Assembly (NCBI GenBank): GCA_030646755.1
Contig: JAUSKU010000076.1
Span: 5,162-69,161, forward strand
Origin: Deltaproteobacteria bacterium
GTDB lineage: Bacteria > Desulfobacterota > JAENJC01
Length of the DNA stretch: 64,000 nt
Direction: 5' to 3'
Part shown: in pieces, positions 1-9,618 of the stretch
Layout of the letters: each line of letters starts with the position of its first letter
Numbering within the stretch: position 1 is the stretch's first letter
Translations under genes and position numbers: made by a program
Notes under the pieces: model-generated
Databases searched by the model: none
What the model was told of the DNA's origin: nothing
Seen by the model: the letters and a program-made list of their open reading frames with translations, nothing else

Positions 1-332
1 CCTCGACCTCAAGCATCAAGATAACAAGGTATTCAAACGACGAGATTGATATTCAGGCCGACATGGCCGAAAACGGCTTCCTTGTTCTTAGTGAGAAATA
101 CTACCCTGGTTGGAAGGCATACGTCGATGGTAAAGAGACAAATATCTTAAAGGCCAACTATATTATGAGGGCCCTCTACTTGTCTAAGGGATCGCATACG
201 GTAGAGTTTGTCTTTGATCCATGGGCATATAAAGTTGGGCTTCGGGTGAGCTCGGCTACATTCCTCTTCCTTATTGGAGCGGTGGTTTGGAGGGTGAGGG
301 AGAACAAGGTAAAGATAACAGTAGAGGTATAG
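1..332 (+). CDS. C-terminal fragment of a YfhO-family (GT-C) membrane glycosyltransferase-like protein; the gene starts upstream of the window
   Basis: The translation ...YYPGWKAYVDGKETNILKANYIMRALYLSKGSHTVEFVFDPW is the characteristic YfhO C-terminal motif. The frame is open to the window edge. Confidence 0.55.
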   Translation, partial: STSSIKITRYSNDEIDIQADMAENGFLVLSEKYYPGWKAYVDGKETNILKANYIMRALYLSKGSHTVEFVFDPWAYKVGLRVSSATFLFLIGAVVWRVRENKVKITVEV

Positions 333-350
333 GTAAAGGGAAAAAATAAA

Positions 351-590
351 ATGAAACGGTTCCTGAAAGTCATTTATGCAGGTTGGATGAAGTTCGCCCA
401 TATCCTGGGTTGGGTAAATACGAGGATAATCCTTACCCTTGTCTATCTCATTATATTTACCCCCCTTGCCCTTATCTTCAGGCTGATAGGAAAGGATCCG
501 ATGGATAGGCGACTTGAGAAAGGTAACAGCTATTGGGTAAAAAGGGAGCAAAAGGTCTTCAGGCAAGAGGATTACCGGAGGCAGTTCTGA
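351..590 (+). CDS. small two-TM membrane protein of the kind found next to NodU/CmcH carbamoyltransferases (SxtJ-like); hypothetical
   Basis: ATG at 351 preceded by an A/G-rich stretch. A hydrophobic 79-aa product lies immediately upstream of and overlapping the carbamoyltransferase gene. The family assignment is from memory of sxtJ/sxtK-like neighbours, not from a search. Confidence 0.4.
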   Translation: MKRFLKVIYAGWMKFAHILGWVNTRIILTLVYLIIFTPLALIFRLIGKDPMDRRLEKGNSYWVKREQKVFRQEDYRRQF

Positions 591-2506
591 GTAGTTACAT
601 ATTAGGCATCTCTGCTTTCTACCATGACTCCGCCGCCTGCCTTGTAAGGGACGGCGAGATCATAGCTGCTGCCCAAGAGGAGCGGTTTACAAGGAAGAAG
701 CACGACGCTGACTTTCCCCATAAGGCTATAGGTTACTGCCTTAAAGAGGCAGGTATAGGTATAGATAATGTTGACATCATTGCCTTCTACGACAAACCCT
801 TCATAAAGCTCGAACGGATACTTGAAACATACCTTTCTGTGGCACCCAGAGGGTGGCTTTCCTTTTTGACCGCAATGCCCGGATTATTAAAACAAAAGAT
901 GTGGGTCCCCCAGATTATCCAAAAAGAGCTGGGATATAGCGGTGAGATTATATTCTGCGAACACCATGAGGCCCATGCCGCATCCGCCTTTTATCCTTCC
1001 CCATTTGAAGAGGCGGCGATACTTACTATGGATGGAGTTGGTGAGTGGGCGACGTCAAGCATAGGTATAGGTAGAGGTAAAGATATAGAACTGCTGTATG
1101 AGCAGAGGTTTCCACATTCCTTGGGCCTCCTCTATTCAGCAATTACATACTACCTCGGTTTCAAGGTCAACAGCGGTGAATACAAGGTTATGGGGCTTGC
1201 GCCATATGGGGAGCCTGCATATAAAGACCTGATACTTAACGAGTTGATTGACCTCAAGGAAGACGGCTCTTTCAGGCTAAACATGAAATATTTCGGCTTC
1301 CTGGATACCCTGAGGATGACAAACAGGAATTTTGACAGACTGTTCGGCGCTCCGGCAAGAAAGCCTGAAACCAGGCTTGCACAACGTGAAATGGATATTG
1401 CAAGGTCCTTACAGGAGGCGACGGAAGAGATCATGCTCAGGATGGCAAGGCATGCCCATAAGATAACAGGAATGAAGAACCTGTGTCTTGCCGGAGGGGT
1501 AGCATTAAACTGCGTAGGTAACGGCCGGATTCTTAGAGAAGGGCCATTTGAGAATATCTGGATACAGCCTGCGGCAGGGGATGCAGGGGGGGCCTTGGGT
1601 GCAGCATTGTTTGGATGGTACAAGTATCTGGGGAATGATAGGATGGTTAGCAGTGTCACCCCCACCCCCACCCACCCCCGTCAAGGGGGAGGGGAAGAGA
1701 GAAAGGAAGAAGAAAGCCTCCCCTCCCTTGGCGGGAGGGGATTGAGGGGAGGGGGAGACTTCATGAAGGGCTCCTACCTCGGCCCCTCCTTTACGGATGA
1801 TGAGATAGAGGAGTTCTTGAAATCAAAGAACGCTCCATTTAAAAAAGTTTCGATCTCGAATATACCAAAAGAGACAGCAAGGCTACTTTCTGATGGCAAG
1901 GTTATCGGCTGGTTCCAGGGAAGGATGGAGTTCGGGCCGAGATCCCTGGGCGCAAGGAGTATCATAGGAGACGCCAGGAATCGGGAGATGCAATCGACCA
2001 TGAACCTCAAGATAAAGTTCAGGGAGTCGTTCCGCCCGTTTGCGCCTTCGGTTCTCCGGGAGGATGTGAACGAATGGTTTGAAATGGACTGCGACAGCCC
2101 ATATATGCTATTAGTTGCCCCCACTAGGGGAAGTAAGAGGATTCCTTTGACTGAAGAACAGGAAGGGCTTTTTGGCATCGAAAAACTCAATATCCCGAAA
2201 TCTGAAATACCGGCAGTTACGCATGTGGATTATTCTGCGAGGATACAGACGGTTCATAGGTATACAAATCCGCTCTATTATGATACGATAACTGAGTTTA
2301 AAAAACTCACAGGTTGTCCGGTGATAGTAAATACCTCCTTTAATGTAAGAGGAGAACCGATAGTCTGTACACCTGATGACGCATACAGGTGTTTTATGAG
2401 GACAAACATGGATAACCTCGTTATCGGCAGCTTTATTCTCGACAAAAAGGACCAGCCTGAATTTAAAGAAGATATGGATTGGCAAAAGGAGTTCGAGTTA
2501 GATTGA
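533..2506 (+). CDS. carbamoyltransferase, NodU/CmcH (HypF-like) family, carrying a ~35-aa in-frame low-complexity insertion; the exact start is uncertain
   Basis: ILGISAFYHDSAACLVRDGEIIAAAQEERFTRKKHD, the HEAHAASAF motif and a C-terminal YrdC-like region are typical of O-carbamoyltransferases. The ATG at 533 overlaps the upstream small ORF, so the true start may be later. Confidence 0.85.
   Translation: MGKKGAKGLQARGLPEAVLSSYILGISAFYHDSAACLVRDGEIIAAAQEERFTRKKHDADFPHKAIGYCLKEAGIGIDNVDIIAFYDKPFIKLERILETYLSVAPRGWLSFLTAMPGLLKQKMWVPQIIQKELGYSGEIIFCEHHEAHAASAFYPSPFEEAAILTMDGVGEWATSSIGIGRGKDIELLYEQRFPHSLGLLYSAITYYLGFKVNSGEYKVMGLAPYGEPAYKDLILNELIDLKEDGSFRLNMKYFGFLDTLRMTNRNFDRLFGAPARKPETRLAQREMDIARSLQEATEEIMLRMARHAHKITGMKNLCLAGGVALNCVGNGRILREGPFENIWIQPAAGDAGGALGAALFGWYKYLGNDRMVSSVTPTPTHPRQGGGEERKEEESLPSLGGRGLRGGGDFMKGSYLGPSFTDDEIEEFLKSKNAPFKKVSISNIPKETARLLSDGKVIGWFQGRMEFGPRSLGARSIIGDARNREMQSTMNLKIKFRESFRPFAPSVLREDVNEWFEMDCDSPYMLLVAPTRGSKRIPLTEEQEGLFGIEKLNIPKSEIPAVTHVDYSARIQTVHRYTNPLYYDTITEFKKLTGCPVIVNTSFNVRGEPIVCTPDDAYRCFMRTNMDNLVIGSFILDKKDQPEFKEDMDWQKEFELD
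1656..1758. repeat. G-rich palindromic MITE-like element, copy 1, in-frame inside the carbamoyltransferase CDS
   Basis: Module A (cacccccacccccacccacccccgtcaaggggagggg) plus module B (cccctcccttggcgggaggggattgaggggaggggg) are also found at 23002..23100 (reverse orientation) and 48081..48176. The element translates as SVTPTPTHPRQGGGEERKEEESLPSLGGRGLRGGGD, which is absent from homologues. Confidence 0.6.
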
Positions 2507-3543
2507 AGTTTAAAAATATACTGATAGGAATAACAATATCTGTTTTCAGTATACTGTTGTCCTTTGCCGTTGCGGAGATTGCTGTCCGCATTTTATATCC
2601 CGGCATAATACCGAGCACAAAGTACGACTGGAGCTCAAGGCATAAGGGATATAAGCTTGAGAAGCCTCATACCACCTTCAGGATTGTAGTCCTTGGAGAC
2701 TCTTTTACATTCGGACAAGGTGTTAGTAGGGATGAGACCTTTCCAAAGAGGCTGGAATCAATGCTCAACAGTTACGGCGGAAGAATCAGGTTTGAGGTAG
2801 TTAATTTAGGGTTTTGCGGGTTGGAAACCAGAGGAGAACTTGAGTTACTCACCCAGGCAGGGATTAATCCTGAGACTTGGCAGCCGGACGAGAGATACCG
2901 TGGGTTGGCATATCAGCCGGATCTGATAATACTTGAATATACCCTGAATGATTCTTCTACGAGTGGAAGGACGCTGGAACAGATAAAGAAGTTTGATGAC
3001 CAATGGAGGAGAGGAGATGTTGTCATAAGGCCCAATAACGGAGCATACAGCCTTCCTGTGCCTGCCAAAGTTGATAAATTTTTGACGGTAAATTCCAGAC
3101 TTTACCTCTTTTCCCTTGATAGATACAATCAGATATTGGGGAGGCTTGGCTTGAGGGAGGCGGGTGACTCTGCTATAAATAGTATGCTAAGCCGTTATGA
3201 AGACAGTTTCGATGGATGGGTAAATGTTAAACAATCATTGTCTGAAATGGCACAGGTTGCCAAAATGAATGATCTGCCTATAGTCTTGGCCATCTATCCC
3301 CAATTAATACAATTAGACAATTATCCTTTTAAAGGAATCCATCAAAAGGTAAAATGGGTAGGGGATGTCTGGGGATTCCATACCCTGGATCTATTTCCTG
3401 CGTTTGAAGGAAAGAACGGAGCCTCCCTTTGGGTCACTCCATCTGACGGGCACCCCAATGCCGATGCCCATGAAATAGCAGCAAAGGCAATATTCTATTA
3501 TCTTACAAAAGAAGGGTTGATCCCGTATCATAAGGGAGGATAG
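2503..3543 (+). CDS. SGNH/GDSL-family hydrolase (putative sugar O-acyl esterase/transferase), paralog A
   Basis: An N-terminal TM helix is followed by a RIVVLGDSFTFGQGV GDSL block. A TTG at 2503 overlaps the upstream stop (the ORF track extends it to 2479). The product is ~45% identical by eye to the 36509..37549 product. Confidence 0.7.
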   Translation: MKFKNILIGITISVFSILLSFAVAEIAVRILYPGIIPSTKYDWSSRHKGYKLEKPHTTFRIVVLGDSFTFGQGVSRDETFPKRLESMLNSYGGRIRFEVVNLGFCGLETRGELELLTQAGINPETWQPDERYRGLAYQPDLIILEYTLNDSSTSGRTLEQIKKFDDQWRRGDVVIRPNNGAYSLPVPAKVDKFLTVNSRLYLFSLDRYNQILGRLGLREAGDSAINSMLSRYEDSFDGWVNVKQSLSEMAQVAKMNDLPIVLAIYPQLIQLDNYPFKGIHQKVKWVGDVWGFHTLDLFPAFEGKNGASLWVTPSDGHPNADAHEIAAKAIFYYLTKEGLIPYHKGG

Positions 3544-3548
3544 ATAGT

Positions 3549-3707
3549 ATGGGCAAGCTCGCGATATTTAAAGAACTCTGGGGCTTTATGAAGGCCAGGA
3601 AGAAGTGGTGGCTTGGACCGATAATTCTATTGCTGCTTCTACTTGGCATTTTAATAGTCTTTACGGAAAGTTCGGCCTTGGCGCCATTTATTTATGCTAT
3701 CTTCTGA
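3549..3707 (+). CDS. 52-aa single-TM small protein (DUF5989-like), missed by the ORF track because it is under 60 aa
   Basis: ATG at 3549 sits 3 nt after the upstream stop. MGKLAIFKELWGFMKARKKWWLGPIILLLLLLGILIVFTESSALAPFIYAIF matches the conserved small protein commonly co-located with carbamoyltransferase/glycosyltransferase clusters. The assignment is from memory. Confidence 0.5.
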   Translation: MGKLAIFKELWGFMKARKKWWLGPIILLLLLLGILIVFTESSALAPFIYAIF

Positions 3708-3720
3708 GAAAGGAACTACA

Positions 3721-4593
3721 ATGAAGGTCATTATTATCGGAGCATCTGGTCAGGTAGGTGGGGCAATAATGCGCCTTGCGCCTAAGGATTGGGAAACTAC
3801 CGGGACATATAGCGGTAAGCCGAAGCCCGGTCTTATACATCTTGATGTCTCCAACAGGAAAGAGGTATTTGAGGTATTTGAAAAGGTCAGACCCGATGTG
3901 GCGATACTTTCAGCCGCATTTACAAATGTAGACCTATGCGAGACCGATAAGGAGCGGGCAGACGCCGTTAATGTCAGCGGCCCTCTTAATATCTGCGATG
4001 CATCTGTGAAACACGGTTCCAAGATGGTCTATATGTCTACTGATTACGTCTTTGACGGGGAAAACGGGCCTTACAGGGAAGATGATGCTCCGAATCCTCT
4101 CGGGTATTATGCCTGGACAAAGCTTGAAGGGGAACGGATAACGGCCTTTACACCTAATCATCTGATAATAAGGACGACAGGCGTCTACAGCGCTGACCCT
4201 GATTCCTTGAACTTTGTCATGCAGGTGATAAAGAGGCTTGGGGCAGGGGAATCTATGAGGGTTCCGAGCGATCAGTACGGCACCCCCACCCTTGCCGACA
4301 ACCTTGCTGAGGGGATTTTGACCCTTTTAACTCTCGGAAAGACCGGCATTTTTAACGTGGCCGGTTCAGACTTTATGGACAGGTATTCGTTTTCACTCCT
4401 TATTGCAGATATATTCGGTCTTGATAAAACCCTTATTACCCAGATAGACACTCCTTCCCTCGGACAAAAGGCAAGAAGGCCTTTAAGGGCAGGGCTTATA
4501 GTTGAGAAGATCGAAAAAGAGGCCGGAATAAAGATGGTTGGAGCAAGGGAGGGTTTAATGTTTGTCAAGGAGAGGCTCAATGCTTCACGGTAA
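3721..4593 (+). CDS. RmlD-like NAD(P)-dependent sugar nucleotide reductase (dTDP-4-dehydrorhamnose reductase family)
   Basis: [16 protein letters not shown] Rossmann motif and a Y..WTK catalytic pair ([10 protein letters not shown]). The ATG at 3721 has an AAGGA RBS. No rmlABC genes are nearby. Confidence 0.75.
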   Translation: MKVIIIGASGQVGGAIMRLAPKDWETTGTYSGKPKPGLIHLDVSNRKEVFEVFEKVRPDVAILSAAFTNVDLCETDKERADAVNVSGPLNICDASVKHGSKMVYMSTDYVFDGENGPYREDDAPNPLGYYAWTKLEGERITAFTPNHLIIRTTGVYSADPDSLNFVMQVIKRLGAGESMRVPSDQYGTPTLADNLAEGILTLLTLGKTGIFNVAGSDFMDRYSFSLLIADIFGLDKTLITQIDTPSLGQKARRPLRAGLIVEKIEKEAGIKMVGAREGLMFVKERLNASR

Positions 4594-5359
4594 GAAAATA
4601 GTAGTTGTCATGCCTGCATATCATGCGGAAAAGACCCTTGAACAGACTTACAGGGAGATACCTTTTGATGTCGTTGATGACGTCGTTCTTGTTGATGATG
4701 CGAGCAGGGACAATACTGTAAAAAAGGCAAGAGATCTCGGTATTAAGCACGTCATAGTACATGAAAAGAACATGGGTTACGGCGGAAATCAAAAGACCTG
4801 CTATAAGAAGGCATTGGAGCTGGGGGCGGAGATTGTGGTTATGCTTCATCCCGATTATCAATATACTCCTAAGCTGATAACCCCTATGGCATCCATGATA
4901 GCCTCCGGTGAATTTGACGTTGTTCTCGGCTCAAGGATATTAGGCACAGGCGCCTTAAAAGGCGGTATGCCCCTTTATAAGTATATCTCCAATAGGTTTC
5001 TTACGTTAATAGAAAATATCCTTCTTGGATATAAGCTTTCTGAATACCACACAGGCTACAGGGCATTCAGCCGTGAGATTCTGGAGAGGCTTCCTCTCCA
5101 CGAGAATTCAAATGACTTTGTCTTTGACAACCAGATGCTTGCCCAAGCCGTCTTCTTCGGATACAGAATCGGCGAAATAACTTGCCCTACTAAGTATTTT
5201 ACAGATGCATCTTCAATAAATTTCAGGAGAAGCGTTACCTATGGCTTTGGAGTCCTTTTGACGGCCATTAAGTTCAGGATACACAGGATGGGACTTATAG
5301 AGTTTCCTATGTTTACTAAAACAGATAAGAACATGTCAAAAATGGGAGAGTTCAAATAA
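4580..5359 (+). CDS. GT2 glycosyltransferase, ArnC/DPM1-like polyprenyl-phosphate sugar synthase type
   Basis: [18 protein letters not shown]...[12 protein letters not shown]...DYQYTP; the ATG at 4580 follows an AAGGAGAGG RBS. Confidence 0.8.
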   Translation: MLHGKKIVVVMPAYHAEKTLEQTYREIPFDVVDDVVLVDDASRDNTVKKARDLGIKHVIVHEKNMGYGGNQKTCYKKALELGAEIVVMLHPDYQYTPKLITPMASMIASGEFDVVLGSRILGTGALKGGMPLYKYISNRFLTLIENILLGYKLSEYHTGYRAFSREILERLPLHENSNDFVFDNQMLAQAVFFGYRIGEITCPTKYFTDASSINFRRSVTYGFGVLLTAIKFRIHRMGLIEFPMFTKTDKNMSKMGEFK

Positions 5360-6333
5360 TGTGCCCTTTTTGTAAAAGCTACAAAACAGGGAAGTTGTTT
5401 GACCTGGATAAAAGGGTATACGGCGACAGATTTTCAATAGTTAAATGCGAGGTATGTGGAATCGCATGGACGGACCCTATCCCGGATGAAAGAGAAATCT
5501 CCAAATTCTACCCGGAGGAATATCATGGCAAGATGGGTAGGCAAAGGTTCATGCCTGTCATGGAGTTTCTGGTCTGGCTTTCGAGAAGCAAAAGGGCCAA
5601 AGAGGTCTCATCCCTTAACTCCGTTTTACCCGGAAAGATATTGGATATCGGTTGCGGAAGAGGCTGGATGATAAGCATCCTTAAAAGGATGGGATGGGAG
5701 GTATACGGCACAGAACTTTCCGTGGAGTCTTCGTCATTTGCAAGGGAAAGTCTCAATTTGAATGTACTTACAAAAAAGGTCGCTGACTGTAATTTCCAAT
5801 CAGGACATTTTGATGTAGTCACACTTTGGCACGTCCTTGAACACCTTCCGGACCCGATCTCAGGCCTCAAAGAGATAAACAGGATATTAAAAAATAAAGG
5901 GGCGTTGGTGGTCGAGGTCCCTGATTTAGGAGGATTTCAGGCGAGGTTATTCGGGAACAAGTGGTTTCATCTGGATTCGCCAAGGCACCTGTTCCATTTT
6001 ACAGATAAAACATTAAAAAGGTGCCTTGAGGATACCGGGTTTAAGGTCATAAAGCGCAGAAACATGTCCTGGGAATACGATCTCTTCGGCTTTGTTCAAA
6101 GTAGTTTAAATCTTCTCTGTTTTAAGTTCGACTATCTTTACAACTTCCTCAGGAGCAGGGATGGAAGAATGATTAAAGGGCCTCCGCTAAGATATATCTG
6201 GGACCTCCTGGCAAGCATTGTTTTATTCCCTTTTCTATTAGCTGTCTCAGTGCCAGTATCTTTAATAAGTTCGGCACTGGGGGCAGGAGGCACCATCAAA
6301 TATCATTGTATAAAAAGGCCTGATTTAAAATGA
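5359..6333 (+). CDS. class I SAM-dependent methyltransferase with an N-terminal Cys4 zinc ribbon
   Basis: CPFCKS...CEVCG ribbon; LDIGCGRGW motif I; FDVVTLWHVLEHLPDP. The start overlaps the upstream stop (TAATG). Confidence 0.75.
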   Translation: MCPFCKSYKTGKLFDLDKRVYGDRFSIVKCEVCGIAWTDPIPDEREISKFYPEEYHGKMGRQRFMPVMEFLVWLSRSKRAKEVSSLNSVLPGKILDIGCGRGWMISILKRMGWEVYGTELSVESSSFARESLNLNVLTKKVADCNFQSGHFDVVTLWHVLEHLPDPISGLKEINRILKNKGALVVEVPDLGGFQARLFGNKWFHLDSPRHLFHFTDKTLKRCLEDTGFKVIKRRNMSWEYDLFGFVQSSLNLLCFKFDYLYNFLRSRDGRMIKGPPLRYIWDLLASIVLFPFLLAVSVPVSLISSALGAGGTIKYHCIKRPDLK

Positions 6334-7955
6334 GAAAGTTTTTATCTAATCTTACCCAACATACCCCATTTCTGATATTCATAACCATAATTTTTTTCTA
6401 TATATTTTACCCTTTCCATTATGAAGAGGGAGGAATTTCTGCGGACGCAGTTTTCGATGCCCAGATAGCAAGAAATATCCTGCTTGGCGATGGTCTTGGG
6501 TGGCAGGCAACGCTCCAACCACCTTTTCATGCAATATTAACATCTGCCGTATATCCATTAACAGGAAGTATACTTATAGGTGGCATCCTGATATCAAAGC
6601 TCATGTGGTGGCTTTTGCCTATTCCTGTTTATATACTGGCAAAGGAGATGTTTGGGACCAAGATTGGACTGACTTCAGCTATCCTTGCTTTTTTTCATCC
6701 TCACTTCAGTTTCTCATCAGGGATGATGGAGCCGACCGTAACCTATCCGACCCTTTTGTTATTTGGCATCTGTTTTATGTGGCATGCATTTTCGAAAGAA
6801 AAGATCTTTTATGCCTTCCTCGGAGGATTGTTTTTTACCTTTTCATACCTTAGTCGTTCGGAGGGGTTATTTATATTTCTCATTTCTCTTTCTGTCTTAT
6901 TATTCATTGCCTTTAAAGACTATTTTAAAACAGGCGCTGTTCACAAAAGATTGCTGATCATAGCTGTTTTAATTATTTCTTTCATCTTATCATCTCTTCC
7001 ATATATCTTATTTTTAAAGGATACCTACGGTAAGGTGGTCCTTTCACCTAAGTCGACTTACGTCCAGACATGGATGAAGTGGAGGATATATCATGATAAC
7101 GATCTTGGCGAGACTGGAAATCCTGACCTCTGGGGCCTGAGTAAAAACGGTAAGCTTATGTGGCAGAAACCTAAAGGAATAGGAGACCTTGTAAGATACC
7201 TCATGTCTCAGCCGGAAAAGAGCCTTAGGGTCTACCTCCTTAACTTCAGCATGCAGATACCGGGAAGGATACCAAACAACTCCGGGCAGTGGCTCTATCC
7301 ACAGGTATATCCCTGGTACTTTGTCATACCGGCCTTTTTCTGGATTGCTTCTCGCAGACGGAAAGAGGATTGGGAAAAAACCATATTCCTGCTATCACCC
7401 TTTTTGATCTTATTTATACTCCCTATATTTTCCGAAGGATGGTGGAAATACCTGCTCCCATATTCCCCTTTTTTGATCATCCTTGGAGTTGCAGGCGTTT
7501 CCGATATATGCGAACGATTCCGTTGGAAGCAACTGCTTCCAGCTTTTACTGTGATTATAGCCATCTATTCCCTCTGGACAGTAAAGGCCAGCCCCCTCGT
7601 AAAACATGGCGATAAAGGAGTTATTGCGAGAGGTTCCATGCTTAATGAACAGATAAAAGCCGGAAAATGGGCGCAAAAACGGTTCAAGGGCATCCAGAAT
7701 TACATGGTCCAGTGGAGCAAGTTGACATATTACCTGAACGGAAGATGGATTGCAAAGCCTGTGACAACATACGATGGGATGATTTGGTATGCAAGGAAGA
7801 ACAGGGTGGATTACATTGTGATCGAGACCAGTGGCAGGGACGAATCGGAAGAGATAATAAGGATCATGGGGAATACAGCTGACCTTGAAGTTGCGGATGT
7901 ATATGAGAGCACGACCAGCAGCTACAGTGTTGTATTTTTAAGGCTCAGAAAATAA
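6330..7955 (+). CDS. ArnT/PMT-like GT-C membrane glycosyltransferase (GT39/GT83-type)
   Basis: A polytopic membrane protein whose first periplasmic loop reads DAVFDAQIARNILLGDGLGWQATLQPPFH, resembling the ArnT DxxYAEIAREML..GDW...KPPL motif. ATGA overlap with the upstream gene. Confidence 0.65.
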   Translation: MRKFLSNLTQHTPFLIFITIIFFYIFYPFHYEEGGISADAVFDAQIARNILLGDGLGWQATLQPPFHAILTSAVYPLTGSILIGGILISKLMWWLLPIPVYILAKEMFGTKIGLTSAILAFFHPHFSFSSGMMEPTVTYPTLLLFGICFMWHAFSKEKIFYAFLGGLFFTFSYLSRSEGLFIFLISLSVLLFIAFKDYFKTGAVHKRLLIIAVLIISFILSSLPYILFLKDTYGKVVLSPKSTYVQTWMKWRIYHDNDLGETGNPDLWGLSKNGKLMWQKPKGIGDLVRYLMSQPEKSLRVYLLNFSMQIPGRIPNNSGQWLYPQVYPWYFVIPAFFWIASRRRKEDWEKTIFLLSPFLILFILPIFSEGWWKYLLPYSPFLIILGVAGVSDICERFRWKQLLPAFTVIIAIYSLWTVKASPLVKHGDKGVIARGSMLNEQIKAGKWAQKRFKGIQNYMVQWSKLTYYLNGRWIAKPVTTYDGMIWYARKNRVDYIVIETSGRDESEEIIRIMGNTADLEVADVYESTTSSYSVVFLRLRK

Positions 7956-7980
7956 CAGGCCCCGCATAGGAGATGTTGCC

Positions 7981-9615
7981 ATGTGGACAGATAAGTTCAG
8001 AAAGGTCAGCGCCGAAGCCTTATGGCTAATATTTTTATTTTTTCTTTCATTAGGGGTGAAGGCGTATCTTCTTTTTGAATTCCCCCATGTAGTATTCCTG
8101 AATGAGGCTGATGCCATGGGTTACTTTGCCATCGCGAAGAGTATTATTAATACATGGGGTTTAGGTGACACGTCCATCCATTTTCCACCTTTTTACCCTT
8201 TCGTAATTGCCATTGCCTCGCTGCTTACCGGGGAGTTTGAGATAGCGGGAAGAGTGGTTTCATGTATTATGGGCTCCCTTCTTGCCTTTCCTATTTACCT
8301 TATCGGCAGGGAACTTTACGGCAAGAGGGTGGGCCTCCTTTCTGCTATAGTGGCGATCTTTCTGGGGACATTTGTTGATCTGTCGCTTCAGCCTCTTACC
8401 CAGATGACATATATTCTGTTACTTATAACCGGCATATATCTCGGTATCATTCTGATTAAAAGCCGCTCCCTTACTCTTCACCTTCTTCTGGGACTTACCT
8501 TTGGCGCTGCATACCTGACCCGACCTGAGGGGTTAGTGCCATTTGCCGTTGTCGGGATGACGGTTTCCATTGCAGCACTCAATGAACCCAGCCTGCCGAT
8601 TAGAAGAAGGGTAAAGAGTATATTTCTCATGCTCCTTGGATTTTCGGTTTTGGCTCTACCTTACATCAACTACCTTCACAACCAGACTGGGATATGGACC
8701 ATAAGCGGGAAATCCAGCGCTGCTGTTATAGGAACCGATGCCTCTGCCAGATTGCTTCCAGGGGGCAAGACCCTCGGCGAGGCCTCACATGGAAAGGTTG
8801 GGCTCGGTGACCTATTCCCAAGCCCAGAGGCCTTTCTTAAGACTTATTGGGGGAACATAACCAGATTCGCAGCAATAATCCCTGATCATTTCCCTGTTAA
8901 ATATTTAATCCTGGCCTTCTCCGGGCTTTTATTTGCGATAAAATCAATATTCGATGCGGAAAAAAGTTTAAGGAAGACAATCGTATTGCAAATATTTATA
9001 TTGCTTGCATGTTTGGCAGCCATTCTCCCTGTCTTTGCCTTTAGTGGCATAGGAATGGCTCCTTCATACTTCTTGCCGTTGTTTTATTTAATCATCCTGT
9101 GGTTTGCGAGGGGAGTGGCAGGTGTTGAGGACCTATTTTTGAATTTTATGAAAAATTTAACAGGTAGTGGATTTTTTGAACGGATCAAAAAGTGGTCATT
9201 ACTCTCATTTTCAGTAGTTCTTTTTTTCAGTTATTCTTCAATTCTGCCTGTTTGGAATGAGATGCACAGCGAAGATTCCAGGGTCTACGCAGCAAGTCAG
9301 GAGTTTTTTCTGAAAGATACTGGAAAGTGGCTGAAAGATAACACATCAAAAGATTCCGCTATTATGTCAAGATGGAGCAACATGGGATTTTATGCGGACA
9401 GGAAGTGGGTTTATATCCCTGACGGGGAGATATCAGAAGTGGTTAACTATGCCAAAGAACATAATGTGAGCCATATAATCATAGACTCCAATGCTATTCC
9501 CCGCAGGAGGCCAAAGCTTGGGGCACTGCTTAATCCTTCTGATTTCGAAGGATTAAGACCTGTCTATGTTAGAGAAAAGTATTGGATAAGGGTTATAATA
9601 TATAAGGTACTGTGA
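7981..9615 (+). CDS. ArnT/PMT-like GT-C membrane glycosyltransferase, paralog of 6330..7955
   Basis: NEADAMGYFAIAKSIINTWGLGD...HFPPFYPF; multi-TM protein. Confidence 0.65.
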   Translation: MWTDKFRKVSAEALWLIFLFFLSLGVKAYLLFEFPHVVFLNEADAMGYFAIAKSIINTWGLGDTSIHFPPFYPFVIAIASLLTGEFEIAGRVVSCIMGSLLAFPIYLIGRELYGKRVGLLSAIVAIFLGTFVDLSLQPLTQMTYILLLITGIYLGIILIKSRSLTLHLLLGLTFGAAYLTRPEGLVPFAVVGMTVSIAALNEPSLPIRRRVKSIFLMLLGFSVLALPYINYLHNQTGIWTISGKSSAAVIGTDASARLLPGGKTLGEASHGKVGLGDLFPSPEAFLKTYWGNITRFAAIIPDHFPVKYLILAFSGLLFAIKSIFDAEKSLRKTIVLQIFILLACLAAILPVFAFSGIGMAPSYFLPLFYLIILWFARGVAGVEDLFLNFMKNLTGSGFFERIKKWSLLSFSVVLFFSYSSILPVWNEMHSEDSRVYAASQEFFLKDTGKWLKDNTSKDSAIMSRWSNMGFYADRKWVYIPDGEISEVVNYAKEHNVSHIIIDSNAIPRRRPKLGALLNPSDFEGLRPVYVREKYWIRVIIYKVL

Positions 9616-9618
9616 GTT

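Noticed and set aside
1150-1671. 173-aa ORF antisense to the carbamoyltransferase gene
   Set aside because: It lies entirely within a well-supported CDS on the opposite strand, with a low-complexity Ser/Pro/Ala-rich translation typical of shadow ORFs.
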